A DNA stretch of 64,000 bases from positions 237,212,001 through 237,276,000 of the forward strand of contig OZ024741.1 in assembly GCA_964016885.1 (NCBI GenBank), written 5' to 3'. Shown in pieces: positions 1 to 15,138 of the stretch (its first letter is position 1; every line of letters starts with the position of its first letter). The DNA is from Eledone cirrhosa (Eukaryota). The notes beneath the pieces were generated by a model. It ran no database searches. It was not told the DNA's origin and was given only the letters and a program-made list of their open reading frames with translations. A program made the position numbers and the translations under genes.

Positions 1-49
1 GCAGGGAAAAGCGGACGTAAAATGATGATGACGTGTGTGTGTATATATA

Positions 50-1330
50 CAGGGTGTGGACGATATTTGTTCGCAATTTTCAACTGCTAATTTTATGCAA
101 TTTTTTTTTACTTCTGCTGTCACTCTTGTCTTCATAAAAACAGTGACTATATTCCATTATATTCCATTATTTATTTTCAGAATAATGGATTATGAATAAT
201 TTTGAACCTCCAATTTCTTCTTGGAATCCGTGCCGGGAGGACAAATAAGGAAATTTCAGACTTTCTCAGCGTCAACAGGAGAATGGCGGAAAAGGTCAGA
301 AAGGAATTGGAAGATTCAGGATTCGACTACGAAGCAACATCAGAGAGGAAAACACATGATCGACGATCTGACGCCTTCAGAACACCCGAGTTCATCCCTG
401 AAGTTCAGGATATCATCAACAATGACCTAGCAAGTCGATGCGTGCCATTGCAAGGGAGAAAGGCGTAGATGAAAAGCTCATTAGGCTGGTGGTAAATGAA
501 GACATTCGCTACGTTTCATACAAGATGAGGAAAGGACAATTTCTGTCAAAGGCGATGCAAGAAAAGCGACTGAAGCACGCAAAGAAGCTAATCAATAAGT
601 TGAAACACCCACTGGAGCCAGACATGCTGTGGTTTTTCTCCGACGAGAAAAACTTCTGCCAAGACCAGAAGATCAACTCCCAAAACAACAGGTGGCCCGC
701 TGTCTCATCCAAAGACATGCCCAGAGTCATGCAGACAAAGTTTCCAGCGACAACATTGATCTTAGGTGTCATCAGCAGTCAAGGTGACGTCATGCCACCT
801 CACTTCTTCCCTGAGGGCCTCAAGCTGAACACCGATGGCTACATCCGCGTTCTGAGCGAGGTAGTAAAGCCCTGGATCGACCAGGTAGCTGCAGGTAGGC
901 CGTACGTGTGGCAGCAAGACTCAGCGCCCTGCCATACCAGCCGAAAGACCCAAGCCTGGCTGTCAGAGAACTTCGTCGACCACACTTCACCTGACATCTG
1001 GCCTCTCAGCTCGCCTGTCTGCAACCCCCTCAACTTCTTTGTATGGGGTGCAGTGGAACGAGACACCAACAGATCTAGCTGCAATACGAAAGGTGATCAC
1101 AAGTGCCTTTACGGGCTTAAGTCGGAGGACAGTGACGAAGGCCTGTAGCCGGTTCCAAGGCCGCCTTCAGGCCGTCATCAAAGCTCATGGCGGGTTTATC
1201 GAGTGAGATCGAAAGAACAAGTCATGAAGACAAACTGACCCAAGTTTGATAAATATATCTTAAAAAATAAAACTACTGTGTTAATTTTTCCTAGACAGTA
1301 ATCTTGCGAACAAATATCGTCCGCACCCTG
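50..1330 (+). mobile_element. Tc1/mariner superfamily DNA transposon, maT/DD37D type, full length but degenerate
   Basis: 27-bp TIRs CAGGGTG(T/C)GGACGATATTTGTTCGCAA at 50-76 and 1304-1330 (1 mismatch), TA on both flanks, transposase ORFs inside. Confidence 0.93.
202..1205 (+). pseudogene. DD37D transposase, frameshifted
   Basis: ORFs 202-468 and 438-1148. Motifs WFFSDEK, QQDSAPCH, WPLSSPVCNPLNFFVW. 37 residues lie between the second D and the third catalytic position, which is N instead of D. Confidence 0.88.
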
Positions 1331-1670
1331 TATATATATATATGTATGCACATTCACCACCACCCCCACCCTACCCCACCCTATATACATAATATATCTA
1401 TATAATATATATACTATACATATATATATAAACTATATGTATGATATATATATACTATATATGTATGATATATATATATATATATACTCTATATATAAAA
1501 TATATATATACTATATATATATATAATATATATATATTATATATATAATATATATACTATATATATTATATATATATATACTATATATATAAAATATATA
1601 TACTATACATATACTATATATATATATATATACTCTCTCTCTCTATATATATATACATACTATAAATATA

Positions 1671-1861
1671 TAATTGTTTCTACATTTGGCACAAGGCCAG
1701 CAATTACCCAGTGCATTACTGGTACTTTATTTTATCGACCCCCGTAAGGATGAAAGGCAAAGCTAACCTCGGCGGGATTTGAACCCAGACCGTAAAGGGA
1801 CGTAACTATGCTGGAAAGCATGGCGTCCGACCCTCTATCGATACTGCCAATTCACCGCCCT
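1671..1861 (-). mobile_element. tRNA-derived SINE family A copy
   Basis: Dispersed ~190-bp repeat (TTGTTTCTAC...TTTATCGACCCCGTAAGGATGAAAGGCAAAG...GATTTGAAC) with a B-box-like GTTCAAATCC on the minus strand; more than 12 copies in the window. Confidence 0.85.
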
Positions 1862-1896
1862 CATATATATATATACTATATATATATACTATATAT

Positions 1897-1941
<45 letters not shown>

Positions 1942-1965
1942 TACTATATATATACTATATATATA

Positions 1966-2153
1966 TAATTGTTTCTACTATTGGCACAAGGCCAGCAATT
2001 ACCAAGTACATTACTGGTACTTTATTTTATCGGCCCCGTAAGGATGAAAGGCAAAGTTAACCTCGGCAGGATCTGAAGCCAGAATGCAAGGCCCGTAATT
2101 CTATGCTGGAAAGCAAGGCGTCCGACCCTCCACCGATACTTCCAATTCACCCA
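1966..2153 (-). mobile_element. SINE family A copy
   Basis: Homologous to 1671-1861. Confidence 0.85.
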
Positions 2154-3891
2154 ACCATTACTATATATATATAATATATATATACTATATATATATACTA
2201 TATATAATATATATATACTATATCATATATACTATATATAATATATATATACTATATATACTTTATATATACTATATCATTTATACTATATATAATATAT
2301 ATATACTATATCATATATCAAATAATATATATAAATACTATATTTATATAAAATAATATATATAAATACTATATATATATATAATATAGAAATATAGAAA
2401 TACTATATATATATATAATATATAAATATATAAATACTATATATATACTATATATATAAATACTATATATATATATATAAATACTATACATATATATAAT
2501 ATATATATACTATATATATAAATAATATATATATACTATATTTATATAAATACAATATATATATATAATACATATATAATATATATATATATATATACTA
2601 TATATATATAATAAATATACTATATATATATATATATATATATAATAAATATACTATATATATATATAATAAATATACTATATATATATATAATAAATAT
2701 ACTATATATATATATAATAAATATACTATATATATAATTTATATACTATATATATACACATATATATACTATATATATATATATACTATATGTATATATA
2801 ATATATATACTATATATATACTATATATATATAATAAATATACTATATATAAATATATATACTATATATATATATATATACTATATATATATATACTATA
2901 TATATACACATATATATATTATATATATATACTATATATATATATACTATATATATATATACTATATATATATATATATACTATATATATATATATACTA
3001 TATATATACACATATATATATACTATATATATATATACTATATATATATATATATATATATACTATATGTATATATAATATATATACTATATATATATAT
3101 ACTATATATATAAACTATATGTATATATAATATATATACTATATATATATATAATATATATATATATAAATACTATATATATATAAACACTATACATATA
3201 TATACTATATATATATATATATACTACATTTATATAAATACAATATATATATATATAATATAAATACTATATATATATATATATATATATAAACTGTTTA
3301 TATATAATATATATACATACTACATATATAATATATATATATATAATATATAATATATATATACTATATATATACTATATATATAATATATATACTATAT
3401 ATATATATACTATATATATACTATATATATACTATATATATAATATATATACTATATATATATATATACTATATATATACTATATATATAATATATATAC
3501 TATATATATATTATATATACTATATAGATATAATATATACTATATATATATATTATATATACTATATAGATATAACATATACTATATATATATACATATA
3601 TACTATATATACATATATATATATACTATATATATATATATAATATATATATACTACATATATATATAATATATATATACTACATATATATATAATATAT
3701 ATATACTACATATATATATAATATATATATACTACATATATATATATATATATATATAATATATATATACTATATAAATATATAATATATATATACTATA
3801 TATATATATAATATATATATACTATATATATAATATATATACTATATATATATATACTATATATTATATATATAATATATATATATACTAT

Positions 3892-4226
3892 CATCATTCA
3901 TCATTTCACATCTGCTTTTTCCTGCTTGCAAGGGTGGGACAGGAACTGATTCTGGGTTGATTTCTACAGCTGGATACCCTTCCTAACACCAACCTCATTT
4001 ACAGTGAGTGCTGGGCGCTTTTTTGCCGTGGCACTTCCACGACCACTTTGCAGTGGAATGATATGAACCCGAGTCCCTATCATCTCATTTCTACAGCTGA
4101 GTAAACTGGAGCAATCTTAAATAAAGTGTCTTGCTCAAGGAAACAACACATCACCCAGTCTGAGAATTGAACTCACAACCTTTCTATTGAAAGGCCAATG
4201 CTCCAACCACTAAACCATGTGCCTCT
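3892..4226 (-). mobile_element. tRNA-derived SINE family B copy ((ATG)n tail)
   Basis: Reverse complement of 4752-5086; the tail of the same family is at 1-31. Confidence 0.85.
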
Positions 4227-4229
4227 AAA

Positions 4230-4296
<67 letters not shown>

Positions 4297-4462
4297 TATA
4301 TTTTGCTGGCCTTGTGCCTAAAATAGTAACAATTATATATAATATATATATACTAAATATATATATATAATATATACATATAATATATATATACTATATA
4401 TATATATATTATATATATAATATATATATATTATATATATATATATACTATATATATATATA

Positions 4463-4645
4463 TAATTGTTTCTACTTTTGGCACAAGGCCACCAGTGCAT
4501 TACTGGTACCTTATTCTATCGACCCCGTAAGGATGAAAGGCAAAGTTAACCTCGGCGGGATTCGAACTCAGACCATAAAGGGGCGTAACTCTATGCTGCA
4601 AAGCATGGCGTCCAACCATCTACCGATACTGCCAATCCACCGCCT
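4463..4645 (-). mobile_element. SINE family A copy
   Basis: Homologous to 1671-1861. Confidence 0.85.
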
Positions 4646-4687
4646 ATATATATATATATACATATATATTATATATATATATTATAT

Positions 4688-4721
<34 letters not shown>

Positions 4722-4751
4722 GGGCGGTGGATTATATATATTATATATATA

Positions 4752-5083
4752 GGCACATGGCTTAGTGGTAAGAGCATTGGCCTTGCAATCGAAATGTTGT
4801 GAGTTCAATTCTCAGACCCGTTGATGTGTTGTTTCCTTGAGCAAGACACTTTATTTAAGATTGCTCCAGTTTACTCAGCTGTAGAAATGAGATGATAGGG
4901 ACTGGGGTCCATATCATTCCACTGCAAAGTGGTCGTGGGGGTGCCACGGCAAAAAAGCACCCAGCACTCACTGTAAATGAGGTTGGTGTTAGGAAGGGTA
5001 TCCAGCTGTAGAAATCAAGCCAGAATCAGTTCCCGTCCCACCCTTGCAAGCAGGGAAAACCGGACGTAAAATGATGATGAGGA

Positions 5084-5086
<3 letters not shown>
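4752..5086 (+). mobile_element. tRNA-derived SINE family B copy
   Basis: A-box TGGCTTAGTGG, B-box GAGTTCAATTCTC, ends in (ATG)n. Confidence 0.85.
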
Positions 5087-5125
<39 letters not shown>

Positions 5126-5155
5126 TATATATAATATATATATATATATATAAAT

Positions 5156-5188
<33 letters not shown>

Positions 5189-5190
5189 AT

Positions 5191-5221
<31 letters not shown>

Positions 5222-5235
5222 AATAATATATATAT

Positions 5236-5318
<83 letters not shown>

Positions 5319-5343
5319 TATATACTATATATATACTATATAT

Positions 5344-5377
<34 letters not shown>

Positions 5378-5618
5378 ATATATATATACTATATATATAT
5401 ATAATATATATATACTATATATATATATATATATACTATATATATATATATAATATATATATATATACTATATATATATATATAATATATATATACTATA
5501 TATGTAGATAAATCTACCAAGAGTTTACGGTAGTGTCCAATCCGTATGAAGAACTCAATGTATTCCGGATATCATGGAAAGAAGAGATATATATTATATC
5601 TACTATATTTATATATAC

Positions 5619-5653
<35 letters not shown>

Positions 5654-5784
5654 CTATATATATATATATATTATATATATACATATATATATATATATAT
5701 AAAATATATCAGACAGTGTATGGTAAAAACCAGGTAGACCATAACCCACCAGAGTACTCAATATGTGGAGTAGTAGTGTGGGTA

Positions 5785-5888
5785 ATATGAAAAGATTGAG
5801 AACCCCGATGGCTGAGCTCTGGCCATTTCAACAGCTAGATCCGAGTTTGGCCAGATCTCAGCCGTCGGGTTTCTGAATCTTTTCATAT
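5785..5888. repeat. Foldback hairpin related to the Penelope-associated repeat at 17080-17430
   Basis: ~40-bp inverted arms ATATGAAAAGATT..GGCTGAGCTCTGGCCA / TGGCCAGATCTCAGCC..AATCTTTTCATAT; shares TTTCAACAGCTAG with ~17093-17105. Confidence 0.7.
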
Positions 5889-6509
5889 ATATGATATATA
5901 TATATACTCATTTTATGTCCACTTTTCCCTTATATATAATATATATATAAGATATATATATGATATATATATATGATATATATATATGATATATATATAA
6001 GATATATATATATATATATATAAGATATATATACTATATGTATATATTTATATATATATATATATACTATATATATATGTTATATATAGTATATATATAA
6101 TATACACTATATATATATAAACACACACACATCAACTGATCAAACTGTGGTGGGTAAAGTGTAATTATAAATGTATATACATCTATATATACATGTTTAT
6201 GTTTACATATACAAACAAAAACACACACACACATATATATATATATACATACAAACATACATATATTCTTATATATATATATATATTTATGTATATATAT
6301 ATATATATACATATATTTATGTATATATATATACATCTATATATACATGTTTATGTTTACATATACAAACAAAAACACACACACATATATATATACATAC
6401 AAACATACATATATTCTTATATATATATATATATATATTTATGTATATATATATATACATATATTTATGTATATATATATACATATACATACAAACATAC
6501 ATATAATCT

Positions 6510-6552
<43 letters not shown>

Positions 6553-6593
6553 CATACAAACATACATATTATCTTATTATATATATATATATT

Positions 6594-6645
<52 letters not shown>

Positions 6646-7740
6646 TTTATGTATAAACAAATATATACCTGTATATATTCATACACATATATAATGAAAT
6701 ATAAACATTGATATATATATATATATATAATTACACATATGCATACACAAATATATAAATATATACATATATACATATATATATATATACATACATATAT
6801 ATATAAGCGTACATACATAAGTGCGTGTGTACTTTAACTCTGTAAAAATATGTATACATAGAGAAATATGCTCACATTTTCGAACATATATATATATATA
6901 AACGCATACACACACACATGCCTAGAAACCAATCCCACTTGCTCGTAGTGAACATATTTCAGCCAGTGCCATTATGGCATGGCTCTGGTCAACAATATTT
7001 CAATATAATATGTAACACGTGACATTATGGCCACACCAACCGTCTTAACATAATTGACCCAACTGCTTTTTAGCTTTGCCTTCCACTCCTCCATCTCTCT
7101 CTCCCCTCCTTCACCATAGACTGACCAATGGAGAGTGAAGGCCGAAGTCTGCCGATTAAAGGCTAACCTTAAAAGTTGATGGCGAAACACGCCTTTTTTC
7201 TTGTATTTTTACTTTCTGTTTCGTCCACATATTTGTGGTCAGTTCACATTTGACAGACGAAGTGGATGAAGTTGGGAGAAGGAAGGAAAAGGATTAGTTT
7301 TAAAATACCCACCCATGTCTTTGACGACTGACCATTGGCTCAAGACTGCTTTGATAACTTGATATGAAGGAAAATAATACAATAATATAAACCAGACAGA
7401 CACTTGAGATAGAGACACGCGGCTGGACCCATTTACATAAGTGTCAACCATATTAAAGTGGCCAGTCGCGTAAGGAGCGTGTCTGACTGCCTCTGCTACT
7501 TGGCATGGCACGCGTTGTTAGCAGCTAGCCACAGACATTCCTGTAAACATACAAATACCTAGAACGACCAATAACAGCTCTTGGATGCTGACATCTTCCA
7601 CTTCATCATCATATTTAGGTATATATTAGCAAACCGAAGAATTTTTTTGTATGGCCAAAGAGAAAGGAGCTTGGGCTGAACAGATTTTTAAAGAACTAGG
7701 ACATTTTGTTTCCAAAATCAGATCATTTATATACACACAT

Positions 7741-7800
<60 letters not shown>

Positions 7801-7978
7801 GTGTGTATATATATATATAACGAAAAATGAATTAAGAATTTGGATGGTCCAGATAATCGTTAATCGACAATATTTCAAAGAAAATACTAGTTTTTATGAA
7901 GTTTTTTTTTTTTTTTACATTCTCATTTCATTAACTTTGAAAATAAAAACGAAACTATGTAATTACTACACATACATA

Positions 7979-8029
<51 letters not shown>

Positions 8030-9000
8030 GAATTCATACACAGACTTTCAAGAATTAAATAACTTCACGTTTCAATAGAGAAAGGAGGGAGATGTGACGG
8101 TATGAATTAGATGGGAGGCTAGGATGGGACTGTTAATGTGAGATATCTTTGCTAAGACTTTTTAGAAAACGGTTGAGGAAAAGCTATTGAAATAGATGGA
8201 GAAGGAAAACATAGGCGGGGGGATAAAAAAAAGTGAGGTATAAAGAGAAAGAAGTGTAATGGGAGAGAGGGAGAGAAAATTATTAAAATAGAGTTGAGAA
8301 AGAGAGAGGGGGAGTATGGAATTGGAGCTGGCCCGAAAAAATAAATTAAAATAAATATATAAACCCCACCACCACAGCCATCAAATTACTGACTAAAATT
8401 GAGACTTTCTCTTGCCTCCCCCGTCCCTCTTAGCTAGAGCCACCGCCGCACACCACCCTTGTTGTAATTATAGAAGATAGGAAATTGCTGCTTGTGTTTT
8501 TTTTAGGAGTTGGGGAGGGAGTACTGTTATTTATCTTTCCGGTTGTTGTTGAGAGGTGACGAAAGAGCAATACAGACCTGCAGAGAGTCTCTTTCGGCAG
8601 ACGCACTATTGCTAAAAAACAAAACAAATTAATAGTTTAGTGTTGTTGTTTTGTTTTGCTTTTTGTTTGATTTTTTTATAAGTCTTTCTGTTGCCGGAGT
8701 GGAGGACTACGTACGTACATGGAGATTATTGCCTGGTAAAAAGTTAAAAAAACATCGTCTTGCAGTGAGCAGGGGAGATAATGTGACACACAGACAGACT
8801 GTTTCTGCAGTTGTTTTATTTACAGAATTTTTTTACAAGAAAGTTGAGTGACTCAGATGTCAAGAGGGGAGGGAGAAAGTAAACAAAGGGAAGTAATAGC
8901 ACACACGCACACGCTCACACACTATATAGTCCTGCACTGAATATATTTCTATCATATAAATTTCTAACATCTACCATTGCTTTGCTGTCTCTTTCTTCAT

Positions 9001-9650
9001 GTTGTGGTAGGTAGAGTAGATAGAATCATAGTAGGAGGAGAACGTAAAAAATAAGTTGTGTATTTTCATGTTGAAATTCTATCGTTTGTAAAAAAATCCC
9101 CAAAGCGCATTAAATTGTGGATTTATATTTTTGAAAAAATAAATAAATAAGAAAACAGCTGTTGATTTATTAAATACTAAATCGGTTGAGTTGTAACACC
9201 TTTAATTTAATGCATATTTCTCGAGCATGTTGTCGATATTGTAGTAGGTAGAGTAAAAGGAAGCATAGTGGGAGGAGAGAGTTAAAAACATTTTTTTGAC
9301 AAAATTCAATCTCATTTTTAAAACAAATTACTGAAGCGTGAATTTATATTTAGATATAAATTTTAGATGGGGAAAAGGTCTTAATTTATTAAATATAATA
9401 CCTCTAATATAATACATATTTCATTAGTCTCGTAGTAATAGGCAGAGTAGAAGAAAGCATTGTGGGAGAAAAACGTAAAAAACACGTTGTATTTTCATGA
9501 GAAAATTGAATCATGTTTTACAAATTAGAAATGCAAATTTATATTACTCTCGTCCAAGTTTATTTTTAGGAAAAGAAACGATAAAAAGCTGTCGATTTAT
9601 TAAATACTAAATTGGTTGAGTGTAACATTTCCAATATAATATCTAATTAG
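9001..9650. repeat. Three diverged ~200-240-bp tandem units
   Basis: TAGG(T/C)AGAGTA...GGAG...AAAAA motif recurs at ~9005, ~9241 and ~9435; GATTTATTAAATACTAAA at ~9164 and ~9595. Confidence 0.65.
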
Positions 9651-10394
9651 GCTTGTTACGCCTCCATACACTTGTGTTTTACGCTTCAATGTGTATAAAA
9701 AACAAGGCACGTAAAAAACTGATTGGATAAACTATTTATTTTTGCCGCGCTCTAAAAATTTTTCATATTTTTATTAAATATTTTTGCGTGTTATTTTTTC
9801 TTCTACAATCGGAGTTGATATTCGATATATTTTTTAAAACCTTGTTCGTGTCAATGCAGAACTAGTCTATCCAAAAGCATGTTTTGATTAATTGAAGTGG
9901 AAGAAATTATGTTTTTTTTTACTTTAAATTATTTTTAATAAGCAACTTAAATGATATTATAATTGAACTTGGTAAACAATAATGATATTTAAAAAACATG
10001 TGGATGAAATTCTAACATTGCAACGGTACATACTAGGCTTGAGTAGTTTTTTTTACTGCCTTCTATCTTCCATCTTTGTTAAATTCCACTTAGACATTTT
10101 GGTAAAAGCATGAACGTCACAGTATCACGTTTTCCTCTACTCATCCAAAGTATAGGCTAGGGTGACCGTGAAAAAATTTAATATTAAAACATTTATCTAG
10201 TTGTTCGATTGCAATATTATTTCATATAAAACTGGTGCAATTAATAAAAAAAAAGCTCCTTTATCAACTACCTTAGACTATTCCTTTATGCACCCCTACC
10301 CAAACAGAACATTGTTTTGTTTTTGTAAGATTCTTATGAATTCCTCTCCTTGGTGACTACTTTTACGACTGGCAAAAAAAAAAAAAAGATTTAG

Positions 10395-10597
10395 CCCTTT
10401 GGCATTTACATTACTCTATATTTACTATTGTATTTTCACAGTAAACACTTTACCTCACATAATATCGAATCTATGACATTTTGATATTATTTAAGAACAA
10501 TACCTGAAAGTCGGTATGAGGAGCCGGTTATGGCCAGTTTGAACAGAGAGAGATGAGAGAATTCTGGCCGGATATGGCTGGTTTAAATGCTAAAGGG
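10395..10597. mobile_element. piggyBac-like MITE
   Basis: TIRs CCCTTTGGCATTTA / TAAATGCTAAAGGG; identical 4-bp flanks TTAG at 10391-10394 and 10598-10601. Confidence 0.75.
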
Positions 10598-12183
10598 TTA
10601 GGCCTTGTTTAATTCTGTCTCAGAGGATCTATAGTACCACGATAACCTCTAGTCAATTCTACTCTAGTATATCAATGTTACAGAGATAACTTAATTTATA
10701 CACAAAAAACTATAGTGTAGAGGTAACCTAATCATTTCTGTCCCAGTAAATCTGTTACAAAGCTCTTTAGTTCCTTTTGCTCCCCATGAAGCATTGAGCA
10801 ACAAGAAGTTTTCAATCTCCTCAGTTACAAGCTTTGTCACAGGCTTACTCCCAATATATCTGCTTGTCGTTTCTGTAGCAATTTTGATTAATGGAGCTAA
10901 TGTTGCCTCTAGTTATTTCTACTCCAGCCGAATTAAATATGGATGAATTCTTCATTATATTTATAGAACAAGTAGATTCATCCATTCTGTCCCAACAAAG
11001 TTCTTTGCCTTTAGTCAGGTCTGCCCCAAAACGGATTGTAGCTTCCAGTTTTGCCAAAGTAAATATATGGTACAAGATAACCAGTAACAGTTTTACCTCA
11101 TTACCTAGGGAACTCCTGAGTACTGATGACTTACTCCCCATTACTGAATCTGGTAAACACCTTGGGTGCTACAGAAAAGGTGAAGGTCACTGCATCCACA
11201 ATTGAATGGAATAAAATTCTAAAACACCAGGAATTATTGGTAAACTATGGCATTCAAGAATGTTTTGAGGAGCTGGGCCACTGACAATGAAGTTCTTGTT
11301 ATTTGTTTGGCAGTTTGTGTTACTGAAATATCAGGTGGTACCTGCAAAGGCTGCTTGGTTCTTATTTGCCTCAAAAATTATTAGAGGGAAGCGCCAGTGT
11401 CCCTTGTGGTGTGTGGTTGAATATGCTGGTTTAACTGCCCGCCCATTTTTTCTTCTTTTTTTAGTACTGTATATATATATATGTGTAAAGTCTTATTCAT
11501 TCTATAATGAATAAACTAATACAGAGTTTAAGGAAGAAATTTCAAACATGAAGGCAAAAGAAAGAATCAAGAGACCACAAAGTAGACTTAGCAAAGAAAT
11601 GACTATACTTATCAGAAAAAGAATTAGTAAAAATACCATATGTCTACCATTTTTTAGTTGATCACAAAGTTGTCGTTAGCAACAAACTAAATACATGTTT
11701 CCTAATTATCAACCATTAAATTGTCACTAGAAATATATTTATCTAAAAGCAACAATAAGAATTTCAAAAGTATAGCAAAATAATTTGGAGTGTGGAATTT
11801 AAAACTTTGCTAAATACAGTGAAGGGTGAGGGACTGAATGTGAGTGGGTTAGGTTTGGTGAAATAGTGAACAGGAATTACATCAGTGTTATAAAAACATT
11901 ATGTAATTTTTCAGACAGTGCAGATTTTTTTTTTTTGTGTGGTGGTGGGGCTGTAATATGAAGCATTACTTTGATGATGTGACAAATAATTTTCTCAGCT
12001 GAAGAAATAATAAAAATAAAACATAGAAAAAATATATTCTGAGGGTCAAACAAGTATACTGTTGAGAGATTAGAATATAGTTTTGATATAGATTTTTACA
12101 TTTCCTAGTTTATAGATGTTTACAATGGTGGATGGAACAATTTATTGTGTTATATATTTCATTTTTGGCAGTATCTGTAGACC

Positions 12184-12610
12184 ATCAGACACCATGCTTT
12201 GCAGCATAGAGTTATGGCCCTTTATGTTCTGAGTTAAAATCCTGCTGAGGTTAACTTTGCCTTTCATCCTAACGGGCTCGATAAAATAAAGCACCAGTAA
12301 TGTACTGGCGTAATTGCTGGCCTTGTGCCAAAATTAGAAACATTATTATTATTATTATTGAGTTCAAATCCCGCTGAGGTTTGCCTTGCCTTTCATCCTT
12401 ACAGGGTCGATAAAATAAAGCACCAGTAATGTACTGGGGTAATTTCTGACCTTGTGCCAAAAGTAGAAACAATTATTATCGAGGTTTGCTTTACCGTTCA
12501 TCCTTACAGGGTTAATAAAATAAAGCACCAGTAATGCACTGGGGCTGATTTAATCGACTTTCCCCTCCCCTTCCAATTGCTGGCCTTTGCCTAAAGTAGA
12601 AACAATTATT
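12184..12610 (+). mobile_element. Cluster of three head-to-tail SINE family A copies or fragments
   Basis: Three repeats of CATCC..GTCGATAAAATAAAGCACCAGTAATG..GTAGAAACAATTATT. Confidence 0.8.
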
Positions 12611-13064
12611 ATTATTATTATCATTATTATGCCTGCTTCTGGTACCATGTAATCTAGTACAACCTGCTTCATAGTCGGGTTGTCGGTGACTAAACCGGCT
12701 CCCCCAACAGTATGGTGAGGAGGGTAAGTGGAACCTTAGCAGCATGAAAAAACAATGGTTGGATGAACTCTTTAACGTCAATGGCCATCCACCCCAACTA
12801 TTGGTTAAATAACCTGGGCATGAGGGCCCAATAGCCAGGTATGGTGGTCCCTTAGTGTTAGTGACACAAATAAATCATTATGGTATGGCGATCTGTCTCA
12901 TATAGGATAGTCTGAACAAAGTTACATCCTTAAGGAACTCCCAAGCTACCAGCCTAGTGATGGTGTCCCATAAAAAACACTGGGAAATGGAAAATTGCTT
13001 AAACCATCCAGGCATAGAAAAATACCCTTTTACCCATTTCAAAAATATGGAGAGACATAATAAT

Positions 13065-13250
13065 TGTTTCTACTTTTGGCACAAGGCCAGCAATTACCCA
13101 GTGCAATACTGGTACTTTATTTTATCGACCCCGTAAGGATGAAAGGCAAAATCAACCTCGGCAGGATTTGAACTCAGATCGTAAAGGGACGTAACTATGC
13201 TGGAAAGCATGGTGTCCGACCCTCTACCGATACTGCCAATCCACCACCCT
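13065..13250 (-). mobile_element. SINE family A copy with 20-bp TSD
   Basis: ATATGGAGAGACATAATAAT at 13045-13064 and 13251-13270. Confidence 0.9.
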
Positions 13251-13799
13251 ATATGGAGAGACATAATAATAATTGCAGACTGGGGATTGTGGTGCAGGAA
13301 AATGCTAAGCAGTCCCAGTCCCCTGGCTCAGGAGCACAGAGCAACACTCCTGGTGTTGGGTAAAGAAATTGCCAAAAAGACAATGTAGAATTGGAAAATC
13401 TAAATCTAAGTGGACCCAGGCTGAGAATAAGGTATTATGGGAATGTTATGTTAGGAGTTATCCATCAGGAAAAGGATGCACAAATTGTGGATGGAAAGAG
13501 GGATGAAAGAACTCTCTTCTTAAAGGCTGGCTGTTCAGGTTAGAAACATCAGAACCAAGAATGTATTGTCCAAGTAGAACTAGTAGGGAATAAAGAAGTA
13601 AACAAAGAAGATCTGAAAGTTAATTCAGTTAACAAGCCTGAAGAACTTGCTATTAAAGAGAACATCATTGGAGTTGAAGAAGTACGAGACACCATGCGAT
13701 CTCATCCAACTGAACCAGTAGTGAAACTCCAGAAAATGACAATGGTAACATCAGGGTGTTGGCTGAACATGTAAGGAATTTATTAGCAAGTTTAAGAGA

Positions 13800-15138
13800 T
13801 ATCTATCAAGGTGACTTACTACCAGTGATCCCATCTTTCAAAAAACATCAAATAGGATCAGATCAAGGCTGAAATAGAATCAGTCAACAGCATTATTGGT
13901 AATGTAAAAACCAACGAGATTACTGAAACACATAAGCTGCTTACCAGTGCAGCATTATTAGTTGTTGACAGTCTGGGAGTTTAAGCTTCCAAAAAGGGCA
14001 AACAGGGGAAAATAGAAGCTCTATTCTGGAAACAGAATTGAGAGAAACAACATTGACTGGAGAAAACATCTTAGTCTCCTGGAAGAATTAAAAGATGGAA
14101 ATCATAATCTAACCTCTAAAGAAAAAAAAAATATGAACTTGAAGCTGTAGGCTGTATTTGTGTTAACTAAAGACAAAAATACACTGTGGCAGTCTGAAGA
14201 TTCGGAATTTTGAAAATCAACAACAGCAATTCTATCAAAATAAACGTTTTCAATCAAACCCTTCTCAGTGTTATAAAGAACTCGAAGGTAAATACAACAT
14301 GGAGAATGTGCTTCCTGATCCAGTTGAGATAACTGAGTTTTGGAACAACATCTGTGGAATACCTTCTTATAATAATGAGACAGAGTGGCTTCAGAGAGTA
14401 AACATCAACTAAATTAGAATGAAAAACAAGATAACATCAGCATTTATTCCAGTCATGTCAAGCAGTTTGTTACAAGAATGGCAAGCTGGAAGACACCTGG
14501 CCCTGACGGCCTCCAAGTATTCTGGTATAAGAAAATGGGCAACATGCATGATAGAATAGACAAGCACTTAAACGAGTGCTTGCAGCTAGAAGTCCCAAAT
14601 TGGATGACCAAGGGTTGAACAGTCCTTATAGTGAAGGACAAAGCGAAGGGAAATGTGACTAATAGGGTGCCTTCCAATCATTTGGAAATTGTTGACTGGG
14701 ATTATTGGGAATAAGATATACAAACATCTTGAAGAAGTGAATCTCCTCCTAAATGAGCAGAAAGAGTGTCATAGAGGGTCCTGGAGAACAAAGGACCAGT
14801 TATTAATCGATAAGGCGATTCTAAAGAACTGCAAAAAAATGAAAAAGAACTTGGCAATAGCTTTTATAGATTACAAGAAAGCCTACAACACAGTCCCCCA
14901 CTCTTGGTTAAAGAAAGCCTTCAATCTTGTAGGTGTAGCAGATAACATCAAGGAAATTCTGTTCAACAGCGTGGAGCAATGGAGAACAGAATTGTCATCT
15001 GGTAATGAAGTTCTAGGAGAAGTTTGCATCAGACGAGGCATTTTCCAAGGGGACTCATTATCACCTTTGTTATTTATTATTATACTGATTGCTCTTACTC
15101 TTATTCTTAGAGAAACAAATAGTGGATTTTACCTGTGA
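13800..15138 (+). pseudogene. R4/Dong-like non-LTR retrotransposon RT fragment, degenerate
   Basis: [54 protein letters not shown]; many stops; truncated before YMDD. Confidence 0.8.

Larger units (their letters stand above)
1385..3890. repeat. Degenerate (TA)n microsatellite field with TAC/TAA interruptions and embedded SINEs
   Basis: Nearly pure A/T dinucleotide sequence. Confidence 0.95.

Noticed and set aside
4752-4830. tRNA gene candidates (also ~52655-52720 and SINE A heads)
   Set aside because: The A/B boxes run into SINE bodies, with no clean cloverleaf
5533-6915. Many Y/I/H/T-rich ORFs here and elsewhere
   Set aside because: They are translations of (TA)n/(CA)n microsatellites
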